This document shows positions 16,887-25,544 of a stretch of 26,296 nucleotides of DNA, piece after piece. Each line of letters begins with the position of its first letter. Position 1 is the first letter of the stretch. This DNA comes from Candidatus Velthaea sp. GTDB taxonomy: Bacteria; Vulcanimicrobiota; Vulcanimicrobiia; Vulcanimicrobiales; Vulcanimicrobiaceae. The notes under the pieces are model-generated. The model saw nothing but the letters and a program-made list of their open reading frames with translations. It was not told the DNA's origin and searched no databases. Position numbers and translations under genes: made by a program. The stretch spans positions 1 through 26,296 of the forward strand of contig JBEKHC010000075.1 of NCBI GenBank assembly GCA_050012475.1. Direction: 5' to 3'.

Positions 16887-19130
16887 TCAGTGGGTGGGCG
16901 AACCGCTGTCTCTGCTCATCCCGTCGAAAACCAAGCGCCGCTTCGCGGTGGCGAGGCGACCGATCGGCTTCCGCAGCGGCCGCAGCGAATCCCAGCGCCG
17001 AACGAATTCTTCAAACGAGGCTGTCGGCAACGGCGGGCTATAGAAGTAACCTTGATAGTCGCGGCAGCCGAAGCCGGCGAGCACGTCTCGCTGCTCGGCT
17101 GTTTCGACGCCCTCCGCCACGACACCGAGCCCCAGCGCGCGGGCCAGCGCAACCACGGTTTTGGCGATCGCCGCATCGTTTTCGTCGAGGATCACGTCGC
17201 GCACGAACGTGCGATCGATCTTGAGCTGGTCGAGCGGCATGCGTTTGAGATAAAACAACGAGGAATAGCCGGTGCCGAAATCGTCCAACGTGATGCTGAC
17301 GCCTAAGGCGCGCAACGCCGCCATTTTTTCGATGACCTCGTCGACGCTTTCGATCAAAAGACTTTCCGTCAGTTCGAGATCGAGCCGGTTGGGATTCGCC
17401 GCGGTCGTCTTGAGTGTTGCAACGACCTGTTCGACGAAGTCGACCTGCTGAAACTGGCGGGTGCTTACATTTACAGCAATTTTGAGATCGGCGGTCGCCG
17501 GATCGGCGGCCCACGCGACGAGCTGCGAACAGGCGCATTCCAAGACCCAACGGCCGATCGGGAGAATGAGTCCGGTCTCCTCGGCAAACGGGATGAAGTC
17601 GATCGGAGGCACGACGCCACGCGTCGGGTGATTCCAGCGGATCAACGCTTCCGCACCGACGAGCCGGCCGCTGCTTCCCACTTGCGGCTGGTAGTGTAGT
17701 TGAAACTGCTCCTCCGCGATGGCTAGCAACAGATCGGCCTCGAGGGCGACGCGTTCACGCGTAACCTCTTCCATGTGCGGATCGAAGAACCGGCACGCGT
17801 TCCGGCCGCTCTCTTTGGCCTTGTACATTGCGAGGTCGGCCTGTTTCAAAACGTCTTCCACCGATGCACTGTCGTCCTTGAACAACGCCAGACCGATGCT
17901 TGCCGAAGTGACGTGCGTGATGTTGCCAAGTTGGAAAGGCTGATTCAACACGGCCAACACGTGCTCGCCGGTCGTCTCGAGGGCCGCGGCCGCATCCTCT
18001 TGGTTGTGACCGATGTCGATGAGCACGATCACGAACTCGTCACCGCCGAGGCGGGCAACGGTGTCACCCTCGCGGACGCTGGCCAGCAGACGCGCTCCCA
18101 CGTCGCGCAGCAGCATGTCGCCAAGATCGTGCCCTTGGGTATCATTGAGCGTTTTGAACTTATCGAGGTCGATGAACATGAGTCCGCCGTGATTGCCGCT
18201 GCGCGAGCTGGCCGACATGGCCTGCTTGAGCCGGTCGGTCAACAGTTTGCGGTTTGGCAATCCCGTAAGCTGATCGAGCATGAGCGCAACGGCTTCGCGG
18301 CTGTTGTCGCGCAAAATCATCAGTGCCCGCGCCATTACGCCGACCTCGTCGGTCCGTCCGATCTCGGGAATCTCGCCGTCGAGTTCACCTTCCGCAACGC
18401 TGACGACGCGCGACGATAAGCTGGTGAGGGCTCGGGCCAGATCGCGCCAAAGTCCGAACGTTATCACCCCGGCAGCAGCGATCAGGCCGACGAAAAGGCC
18501 AAGCAGCGAGAACACTTGGGTGCGAAACGTTGCATTGATGTCATCGATGTACGCGCCGGCCCCGACCGACCAGCCCCAAGGCACGAAAAGCCGCGAATAC
18601 GCGACCTTGTCCAGCGGCGTGGTCTCGCCCGCTTTGGGAATCTGATACCGTGAGATCCCCTCTTTCGCCGGGCTCTTCGCGACTTCCAATACTTTCGAGA
18701 CCATGAGCGCGACGCCGGGGAACTTGCGCGCATCGGCCGAGTTGACGAAACGCCGTCCTTCCCATTCCGGGTGGCCGCCGTGAACGACGCCGACACCGTC
18801 GAGCGTCCAGATACAAAAGTAATTCGTGCCGTCAAAGCGCATCGCGCGAATCGCGTTCCGCGCCGCAGTTTGCGCCGACGCTTCGCTCATGCGCCCAGCA
18901 CCTTCCTCGTTGTGGTAGAACTCCACAACCGAATACGCGCTTTGCACCAAATGCGTTACTTCGGTGATTCGATCGCGCATCAGCGACTGCTTGAGAACCT
19001 GCAGTGTTGCAATCGAGATGCACGCCTGGAAGACACACCCAATCACCAGAACCAGCATGAAGCGGGACGAGACGCTAAAGCGGGCCCGACATGCAGGTTT
19101 TTTGCGACTCGACATCTGGCTGAAAAGCAT
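16887..19130 (-). CDS. Membrane Cache-HAMP-GGDEF-EAL protein
   Basis: TM, single-Cache-like domain (AQTAARNAIRAMRF..NYF...WGWSVGAGAYIDDI), TM, HAMP (RTDEVGVMARAL), DQLTGLPNR, REGD...RLGGDEF, AEALIRW, DDFGTGYSS and QGY. Confidence 0.95.
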   Translation of the reverse strand: MLFSQMSSRKKPACRARFSVSSRFMLVLVIGCVFQACISIATLQVLKQSLMRDRITEVTHLVQSAYSVVEFYHNEEGAGRMSEASAQTAARNAIRAMRFDGTNYFCIWTLDGVGVVHGGHPEWEGRRFVNSADARKFPGVALMVSKVLEVAKSPAKEGISRYQIPKAGETTPLDKVAYSRLFVPWGWSVGAGAYIDDINATFRTQVFSLLGLFVGLIAAAGVITFGLWRDLARALTSLSSRVVSVAEGELDGEIPEIGRTDEVGVMARALMILRDNSREAVALMLDQLTGLPNRKLLTDRLKQAMSASSRSGNHGGLMFIDLDKFKTLNDTQGHDLGDMLLRDVGARLLASVREGDTVARLGGDEFVIVLIDIGHNQEDAAAALETTGEHVLAVLNQPFQLGNITHVTSASIGLALFKDDSASVEDVLKQADLAMYKAKESGRNACRFFDPHMEEVTRERVALEADLLLAIAEEQFQLHYQPQVGSSGRLVGAEALIRWNHPTRGVVPPIDFIPFAEETGLILPIGRWVLECACSQLVAWAADPATADLKIAVNVSTRQFQQVDFVEQVVATLKTTAANPNRLDLELTESLLIESVDEVIEKMAALRALGVSITLDDFGTGYSSLFYLKRMPLDQLKIDRTFVRDVILDENDAAIAKTVVALARALGLGVVAEGVETAEQRDVLAGFGCRDYQGYFYSPPLPTASFEEFVRRWDSLRPLRKPIGRLATAKRRLVFDGMSRDSGSPTH

Positions 19131-19575
19131 GCATTACTCTTGATCGGCGGACGCGCAGGTCGTTCAGAAACGCCAACTTCGGTCGCTTGCATGAGCAGCA
19201 ACGCCAGCCGTCGGCGCAGCGCTGTTTCTCACGAACGGACTGCGATTGGACTCAAGTGGCGGAAATCGACGGCGCCTGCCGCACTTTCCTGCGGGCTCGT
19301 TTCTTCCAGAGTTTCAACCATCGGGAGAACCGTTCGTCGCCGCGCGGTGTCGAAACGTCAAATTTACGCGGTACGCTTGACTCGGTCTACGGCTCGAGGG
19401 GCGTAAACGCCCTCATACCTTCGCTACCATAAACCCAGTTGGTGCGCTTATACTGTACGCCAATATCAACTGCGCTGGCAGTTCCCAGTCGCTCGTCCGA
19501 CAAGTGCAGCGACCAGACGCGCCGCGCCCAACGGGAGAAACAGGGATGCTTTGATTTCGTTCCAGCGAGAAGGAT

Positions 19576-19651
19576 AGCGACGAAGTTAGCTTCAGCAAAT
19601 GAGCCACGCAGCGACAAAGCTGCTTCAGCAAATAGCGCGCAGCGACGAAGC
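19576..19651. repeat. Degenerate tandem repeat, about 2.3 units of 31-34 bp
   Basis: AGCGACGAAGTTAGCTTCAGCAAATGAGCCACGC / AGCGACAAAGCTGCTTCAGCAAATAGCGCGC / AGCGACGAAGC. Confidence 0.7.
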
Positions 19652-19873
19652 CGGACTAATCAGGGCATCCCTAGTGAAACGCGCGGCAGAGCCGGCCTGC
19701 GGCGCGATCGAGATCGACATCGACGATGGGATTCGGCTCGATCAGCCGCACGGCGGCAATCAAATCGGTGCTTTGAACGAGGCTCGTTTTTTCATGCTGC
19801 GCGCCGATTCATAAAGCAAGGGCCGGCGAGAACGACGAGCTGGTGCGTTCGCCCGCCTTGACCAGGAGGCGTC

Positions 19874-20044
19874 ATGAAGAAGCGATGCAGCGACTGTGGT
19901 CAGAAACCGGGCGTGTTCCGGCTGAACGCACGTCTGATTTGCACGGACTGTAAGGACGAGTATTTCGGCTTCAACCGGTTTGGCGGCCGAAAAGACTTGT
20001 GGCCGCTCGAAACCGAACAGACCAAATTCTTCGCAGCGCCTTAA
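19874..20044 (+). CDS. Small zinc-finger-like protein (56 aa)
   Basis: SD AGGAGG (19864-19869). MKKRCSDCGQKPGVFRLNARLICTDCKDEYFG... carries CxxC-x14-CxxC. Not in the ORF track. Confidence 0.72.
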   Translation: MKKRCSDCGQKPGVFRLNARLICTDCKDEYFGFNRFGGRKDLWPLETEQTKFFAAP

Positions 20045-20101
20045 GGCGCAGCGCCCCGTCCGGTCAACGGTTCGCGGTCCGGCTTTGGCGAAGGAGCGCG
20101 G

Positions 20102-20593
20102 ATGTTCGTCGTCATGCTGGCCGGCGCTTTTTCTCTACTGAGTCTACAGATTGCCGCAGACCAGCGGATCGGCAACCCCCAGGTCTGGGATCGTGACGGC
20201 TGCCGCGGCATGAATCGCTCGCCGGCGCTTCGCTGGACCAACGCACCCGCGCGCGCAAGGAGCTTTGCGCTAAGCGCATACGATCCGGATGCGGGAAGCG
20301 CCGGTTGGTGGCATTGGATTGTCTACGACATTCCGCCAACGCAACACGCTTTGCCCGAGGGTCTGCCGCCGACGGCGCCCCCGGTCGTTCAGGGCTTCAA
20401 TGATTTTGGAACGATCGGCTACGGGGGCCCGTGCCCACCCGCCGGCGACGCCCACCGGTACGTCTTCACGCTTTACGCCCTCGACGTACCACACTTGTCC
20501 GCGGCCGCACCGGCCCATGGAACCGAATTTCTGCAGCTCATACGCCGCCACGTTCTGGCCACGGCAACGTTGACCGGCCGGTATGGCCGTTAG
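20102..20593 (+). CDS. YbhB/YbcL family (PEBP/Raf kinase inhibitor-like) protein
   Basis: NRSPALRW, YDPDA, WWHWIVYDIP and NDFG..GYGGPCPP.GDAHRYVFTLYALD. SD AAGGAG. Confidence 0.93.
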   Translation: MFVVMLAGAFSLLSLQIAADQRIGNPQVWDRDGCRGMNRSPALRWTNAPARARSFALSAYDPDAGSAGWWHWIVYDIPPTQHALPEGLPPTAPPVVQGFNDFGTIGYGGPCPPAGDAHRYVFTLYALDVPHLSAAAPAHGTEFLQLIRRHVLATATLTGRYGR

Positions 20594-21101
20594 TTCGAGG
20601 AAATCGCCCGGCGCAGCGCCGGCGATCCGCGAAGCAAACGACGCCGATTTCAGCGCGATCTGGCCGATCTTCCAGACCGTCGTCGCTCACGGCGACACCT
20701 ATGCGTACGCTCCGACGACTACGTTGGAAGAAGCAAGAGCGCTGTGGTGCGGCTCAGCGTGGCGTGTCTTCGTCGCCGTCAGCGAAGGGCGCGTGGTGGG
20801 CACGTATCATCTGGGCGCCAACCAGCCCGGCCTCGGCGATCACGTTGCCAACGCCGGCTTCATGGTCGATCCGGCCGACCGCGGACGCGGGATCGCGAGC
20901 GCCATGTGCGAGCACGCTCTTGCGACGGCGCGAGCATCCGGATTTCGGGCCATGCAATTCAACTTCGTCGTTTCAACCAATGCGCCGGCGCTTGCGCTGT
21001 GGAAACGGCACGGGTTCCAGATCGTCGGCCGGATTCCCCAAGCGTTCCGCCGCGCAGGCGGCGACCCCGTCGACGTTTTCGTAATGCATCGCTTCTTGTG
21101 A
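20583..21101 (+). CDS. GNAT N-acetyltransferase (Mpr1-like subfamily)
   Basis: GDTYAY, NQPGLGDHVANAGFMV, RGRGIA and AMQFNFVVSTN..ALALW...GF.IVGRIP.AF. Overlaps the upstream gene by 11 nt. Confidence 0.9.
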   Translation: MAVSSRKSPGAAPAIREANDADFSAIWPIFQTVVAHGDTYAYAPTTTLEEARALWCGSAWRVFVAVSEGRVVGTYHLGANQPGLGDHVANAGFMVDPADRGRGIASAMCEHALATARASGFRAMQFNFVVSTNAPALALWKRHGFQIVGRIPQAFRRAGGDPVDVFVMHRFL

Positions 21102-21180
21102 CGCGCGCGCCGCAGAGCGCTGCTCGTTGCCGGGGAAGCCTGCGGGTTAAGGGTAGATAAGAGTTTGCCCAAACGCTGCG

Positions 21181-21207
21181 ATTCAGGGAATTCTCAGCAT
21201 TTCCCAG
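21181..21207 (+). promoter_or_regulatory. Direct-repeat (OmpR/MprA-like) box
   Basis: ATTCAG-N5-TCTCAG-N4-TCCCAG just upstream of the 21233 gene. Confidence 0.45.
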
Positions 21208-21232
21208 GCCCCGGCGGCGTTTCCATCACGCT

Positions 21233-21880
21233 ATGAATAAATTCTTCTTCGCCACGCTCACCGCAGTGTGCCTGGCGCTTCCGATCGCAGCGCAGGCGCA
21301 AGACGTTCCGTCCTATGCCGCGCAGCAATATTCCGACGATCAGAACATCCATGGCCGAGTGCTGAGCTTCGACGGGGATTATGGTCTTAGCGTTCGCGAC
21401 GAACAAGGCTACGTCGACAACGTCGAGCTTCATCCGGGAACCATCATCAATCCGATCGGATTGACGCTCGCTCCAGGCATGGTCGTCAGCATCCTGGGCT
21501 ACAACGCCGGGAGCTATTTTGCGGCAAATGAAGTCGACACGCCGTACCAGTTCTCCAACGCCGTCCCGTACTATGGGGGGCACCCCTGGGACTACTATGG
21601 GCCGAGCATCAGCCTAAGCTTCTTCTTCGGCAACGCCGGCTGGTGGCACGGCGGGTCCTTCAATGGCGGCTATCGGTATGCCGGCGGCGCGCGCGTCTAC
21701 AATAACGTGAACGTCCACGTGAGCGATGTCTATCGCGGAACCCCCGGACAGTTCCACGGCCGCAACTATGTTGCGCCGGCCGAACACGGCGGCTACTACA
21801 GTCGGGCCAGCCGCGAGCCGAGCGCTCACCAAAACAATCGCGACAACCGCGACGACCGAGGCGGCGACCACGCTCGCTGA
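21233..21880 (+). CDS. Secreted hypothetical protein (small beta domain plus Gly/Tyr-rich low-complexity tail)
   Basis: Sec signal MNKFFFATLTAVCLALPIAAQA; core HGRVLSFDG...VELHPGTIINPIGLTLAPGMVVSILG; G/Y/N/R-rich C-terminus. Confidence 0.85.
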   Translation: MNKFFFATLTAVCLALPIAAQAQDVPSYAAQQYSDDQNIHGRVLSFDGDYGLSVRDEQGYVDNVELHPGTIINPIGLTLAPGMVVSILGYNAGSYFAANEVDTPYQFSNAVPYYGGHPWDYYGPSISLSFFFGNAGWWHGGSFNGGYRYAGGARVYNNVNVHVSDVYRGTPGQFHGRNYVAPAEHGGYYSRASREPSAHQNNRDNRDDRGGDHAR

Positions 21881-21903
21881 TCCGCGCTGATCGCTCTCCG
21901 CCG

Positions 21904-21940
21904 AGAACGCGCCCGCTGCGAGCAGCGGGCGCGTTCTTCC
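21904..21940 (+). terminator. Strong hairpin, likely terminator of the 21233 gene
   Basis: Perfect 15-bp stem AGAACGCGCCCGCTG-CGAG-CAGCGGGCGCGTTCT; only a weak pyrimidine tail. Confidence 0.65.
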
Positions 21941-22159
21941 ATAAGGATCGGCCAAGCATCGGCCGAGTGACGCATCGCGCGACAACCGTCTCGTGCGTCC
22001 CCTGGAGTCCTCGAAGAAGTACCGTGCGGTTGACGCGCGCTCGCGTTTACCACGGCGCGCGCCGCGCCCGCTGCAAACCCAAGCAGCGCGCACGCTGCGC
22101 GGCGCAAAGTGTGTCGAAGATCATTAACTTCGCGTCCGCCTTACCGATATTGAACAGTA

Positions 22160-22735
22160 ATGGAGGAATCACTGTCCGCCGCCTCCGGGCTTACCGGCTC
22201 GTTGTGCTGCACGCTTCTGGATCGCCGCTCGAGCGTTCCGCTCAGCGGAGCGCGGATCACGTGCATCGCCCGCGACAACCGCGTGATTCGTTTCGACGCC
22301 GACCGCTTCGGCCGTTTCTCCACGACGATGCCGCAAGGTGTCTACGATTTGGTGATCTCCGCGCGCGGTTATCTCTCGCTGCTCGTGCGCGGCGTCGGTG
22401 TGCTGGCCGGACATCGCCAGCTCGTGACGCGCGCCTTGGTCCCCGGTGAGGGCGACGCGTGCGAAAGCGAACCGGCGGCGGCGCTCGGCGGGTACATCAC
22501 GGACCGCTTCGGACGTCCAGTCGCGAACGTGACCATCCACGTCAGCGGAGAAGACGGCGGATCAGCCTATACCACGCGGACCGATCGCGAGGGAGCGTAT
22601 CTGCTGCACGGCCTCGCGCCCCAGACATACGACGTTACGCTCTGCGCCATGGACCGCCGCCTAACCCGCGAACTCATCGCGGTGTCCAACCCGCGTGATT
22701 TCGTGCGGCTCGACCTGCGGCTCTTACAGATTTAA
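22160..22735 (+). CDS. Protein with two carboxypeptidase-regulatory-like (prealbumin-fold) domains
   Basis: Two repeats: PLSGARIT...ADRFGRF...PQGVYDLVISARGY and GYITDRFGRPVANVTI...TDREGAY...LAPQTYDVT. No signal peptide. Confidence 0.82.
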   Translation: MEESLSAASGLTGSLCCTLLDRRSSVPLSGARITCIARDNRVIRFDADRFGRFSTTMPQGVYDLVISARGYLSLLVRGVGVLAGHRQLVTRALVPGEGDACESEPAAALGGYITDRFGRPVANVTIHVSGEDGGSAYTTRTDREGAYLLHGLAPQTYDVTLCAMDRRLTRELIAVSNPRDFVRLDLRLLQI

Positions 22736-22773
22736 GGATGCTCTGATTTCGTCCTGGCGAGGAGCATAGCGGC

Positions 22774-23559
22774 TTAACCGAAGCGGCCGGTGATGTAGTC
22801 TTCTGTGCGCTTCTCGCGCGGCCGCGTGAAGATGTTGGTGGTCGTGCCGACTTCGACGATCTCGCCGAGGTGAAAAAACGCGGTGAACTCCGAGATCCGC
22901 GCGGCCTGCTGCATCGAGTGGGTGACGATGACGACGGTATACTCTTGCTTGAGCTGACCGATCAGGTCTTCGATCTTCGAGGTCGCGATGGGATCGAGTG
23001 CCGACGCGGGTTCGTCCATCAAGATGACTTCGGGTTCGACGGCCAAGACACGCGCGATGCACATTCGCTGCTGCTGGCCCCCCGACAGATCGAGCGCCGA
23101 GCGATTCAGACGATCTTTGACCTCATCCCAGAGGGCCGCCTGGCGTAGCGACTTTTCGACGATCGCATCGAGCGTGGCCTTGTTGCGTTCGCCGTGAATC
23201 CTGGGGCCATACGCGACGTTCTCGAAAATCGTCTTGGGAAAGGGATTGGGGCGCTGAAAGACCATGCCGATCCGGTGCCGGATCACGACCGGATCGGCGT
23301 CGGGCGCATAAATATCCTGGCCGTCGAGCGTTACCGACCCTTCGACTCGCGCGCCCGGAGTAAGGTCGTGCATCCGGTTGAGCGCGCGCAAGAACGTCGA
23401 CTTTCCGCAACCGGATGGTCCGATCAAGGCGGTGACCGTGTTCGCCGCCATCTTCAGCGACGCGTTCTTGATGGCTTGAAACGAACCGTAGAAGACGTTG
23501 AGATCGGAGGCCTTGAGTTTGTCGAGCACGTGAACGGACAACGGTTGAACCTCGATCAC
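22774..23559 (-). CDS. pstB: Phosphate ABC transporter ATP-binding protein
   Basis: [42 protein letters not shown] and [10 protein letters not shown]. The GTG start overlaps the pstA stop (GTGA), with SD GGGAG. Confidence 0.97.
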   Translation of the reverse strand: MIEVQPLSVHVLDKLKASDLNVFYGSFQAIKNASLKMAANTVTALIGPSGCGKSTFLRALNRMHDLTPGARVEGSVTLDGQDIYAPDADPVVIRHRIGMVFQRPNPFPKTIFENVAYGPRIHGERNKATLDAIVEKSLRQAALWDEVKDRLNRSALDLSGGQQQRMCIARVLAVEPEVILMDEPASALDPIATSKIEDLIGQLKQEYTVVIVTHSMQQAARISEFTAFFHLGEIVEVGTTTNIFTRPREKRTEDYITGRFG

Positions 23560-24473
23560 GACGATCTCCCGGTAAAGCGTTTCGTGAGCGCCGCTCCCGC
23601 GACGCGTGCCGCGATATTGAAAATGAGGACCATGATGAGTAATACGAGCGCCGAACCGTTGCCGACGCGCTCGACGTCCGGAATGATCGACTCCGAATGC
23701 GTGTACCAGAGGTGGATGGCCAGCGTTTCCGCCGATCGGAAGGGGTTGAGTTCGTAGGGCTGATTCGCACTTACCGAGAGTCCGGCCGTAAAAATCAGCG
23801 CTGCCGTTTCCCCGAAGATTCGACCGGCGATGAGGACGATCCCGGTAGTAAGGCGGCCGATTGCACTCGGCAGTACCGTGCGCAGGATCGTTTGCCATTT
23901 CGTTGCGCCCAGGCCGACCGATGCTTCGCGCAAGCTGTCCGGTACCGAGGCCAGTGCCTCCTGGGTGACGCGCATGAGCGCCGGCAAGTTCAAGAGCGTG
24001 AGCGTGAGCGCGCCGCCCAGCGCGGTGAACCCCCAGTGGAAGTAGAAGACGAAGATCAACAGGCCGAAGAGGCCCATCACGATCGACGGTACAGTGGCCA
24101 AGGACTCGGCACTGAACTGAACGACCGATCGGAACAAACCCGGCCGTGCATACTCTTGCAGATAGATCCCGGCGGCAAGCGAGATCGGGACCGTGAACAC
24201 GAGCGTGAGCACGAGGATGTAGAACGAGTTGTAAATCTCCGGCCCGATTCCGCCGCCGGCTCCTTGGCTGGGGGCTCCAGTCAAGAACTGCCAACTCAGC
24301 GAATGGAAGCCGAGATAAAACAAGTAGCCGATGAAGGCTATCAGCATCACGATGATGCTCGATGCCATCATCCACAAGACGACCGTCGCTACGACATCGG
24401 CAAACCGGCGCACGCGCGCTGACGCATCCGAGGAAAGACGGCCCGATCGTGACGACGATCTGGCGCTGTCCAT
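23556..24473 (-). CDS. pstA: Phosphate ABC transporter permease
   Basis: [43 protein letters not shown] and [13 protein letters not shown] overlaps the pstC stop (TGATG). Confidence 0.96.
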   Translation of the reverse strand: MDSARSSSRSGRLSSDASARVRRFADVVATVVLWMMASSIIVMLIAFIGYLFYLGFHSLSWQFLTGAPSQGAGGGIGPEIYNSFYILVLTLVFTVPISLAAGIYLQEYARPGLFRSVVQFSAESLATVPSIVMGLFGLLIFVFYFHWGFTALGGALTLTLLNLPALMRVTQEALASVPDSLREASVGLGATKWQTILRTVLPSAIGRLTTGIVLIAGRIFGETAALIFTAGLSVSANQPYELNPFRSAETLAIHLWYTHSESIIPDVERVGNGSALVLLIMVLIFNIAARVAGAALTKRFTGRSS

Positions 24474-25369
24474 CAACCGCGCCTCCGTAACGCGAACCGC
24501 ACCATCAAAATGAGGAGCATCGCGATCAGGAGCAGCAGCAGTGCCATCGAGAACAGGACATGCTCCTGAAACGAGCCCTGAGGCGCACCACCCATGTCGA
24601 TGACGATCTCCGTCGTCAGCGACGCGGTGGGAGCAAAGATGCCTTTGGGAAACTGAGATGAGTTTCCGATTACCATCTGAACGGCCAGCGCTTCACCGAT
24701 CGCGCGTGCGATGCCGAGGATGAGGGCGACCGTCAAGCCGCTCGACGCGCTGGGCAGGAGCACCCGCGTGATCATCTGCCAGCGCGTCGAGCCCAGCGCC
24801 ATCGAACCTTCGCGCAGCGAGACGGGCAGCGATCGAAACGCATCTTCCGAAAGCGAAATGACCGTCGGCAAAATCATGATCGACAGAACGATCCCCGCGG
24901 CCGCCAGACCAAAGCCGCTGGGTGAAGAGGTATGCGTGCGCAGAAACGGCACGAGTAACGTCAGGCCGAGCCAGCCGTAAACAACCGATGGGATGCCGAC
25001 AAGCAGTTCGATTGCCGGCTTGAGAATTTGTGCCATGCGAACCGGCGCAATTTCGCTGAGAAACACGCCGACTGCGATCCCAAACGGTCCGCCGACGCAA
25101 ATTGCAAAGCACGTAACGAGCAGCGTTCCCGCGATGAAGACCGCCGAACCGCCCAGATTGTTGGCCGGATCGTAGTCGCTGGCGAAGAGAAATTTCCAAA
25201 CTGGAAGTTTGTCGACGGTGAACGTTTTCGTTCCCTCGATCGCCAAATACACGAGCAGCAGCGAAATCGCCAAGATCACGAATACGGCCGCCGCACGGAG
25301 CAGGTTGACAGCCACGCGTTCACTGCGATGAGACTTTTTGGCCTGCAGCGAAATCATGCGGGAGACCAC
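24473..25369 (-). CDS. pstC: Phosphate ABC transporter permease
   Basis: [34 protein letters not shown] and [16 protein letters not shown]. Start is GTG 25369 or ATG 25357. Confidence 0.96.
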   Translation of the reverse strand: MVSRMISLQAKKSHRSERVAVNLLRAAAVFVILAISLLLVYLAIEGTKTFTVDKLPVWKFLFASDYDPANNLGGSAVFIAGTLLVTCFAICVGGPFGIAVGVFLSEIAPVRMAQILKPAIELLVGIPSVVYGWLGLTLLVPFLRTHTSSPSGFGLAAAGIVLSIMILPTVISLSEDAFRSLPVSLREGSMALGSTRWQMITRVLLPSASSGLTVALILGIARAIGEALAVQMVIGNSSQFPKGIFAPTASLTTEIVIDMGGAPQGSFQEHVLFSMALLLLLIAMLLILMVRFALRRRG

Positions 25370-25387
25370 TCGCTGTCGGAAACCACA

Positions 25388-25414
25388 GAGAGGCGACTAC
25401 TTGAGTCGCCTCTC
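25388..25414 (-). terminator. pstS-pstC intergenic stem-loop (attenuator or mRNA stabiliser)
   Basis: Perfect 11-bp stem GAGAGGCGACT-CAAGT-AGTCGCCTCTC followed by TGTGGTTT on the minus strand. Confidence 0.6.
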
Positions 25415-25544
25415 AGATGCCTCTTCGATACTCGCGCTTTTCCGGAATGCTTGCCGACGGATCTCGGCGTGTCGTTCGGCATTCGCTCCGAACCGGCGCG
25501 GAGCTGTAGCGTACCCGGCGCGGCGACTTGCCCGCGACGGGCCA

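Noticed and set aside
19576..19651. Possible CRISPR remnant
   Set aside because: Units are contiguous with no unique spacers, there are fewer than three copies, and no cas genes are present.
23560..24375. 533-aa ORF suggesting an N-terminally extended PstB
   Set aside because: The extension is an alternative frame over pstA. The true start is the GTG at 23559, with an SD and GTGA coupling.
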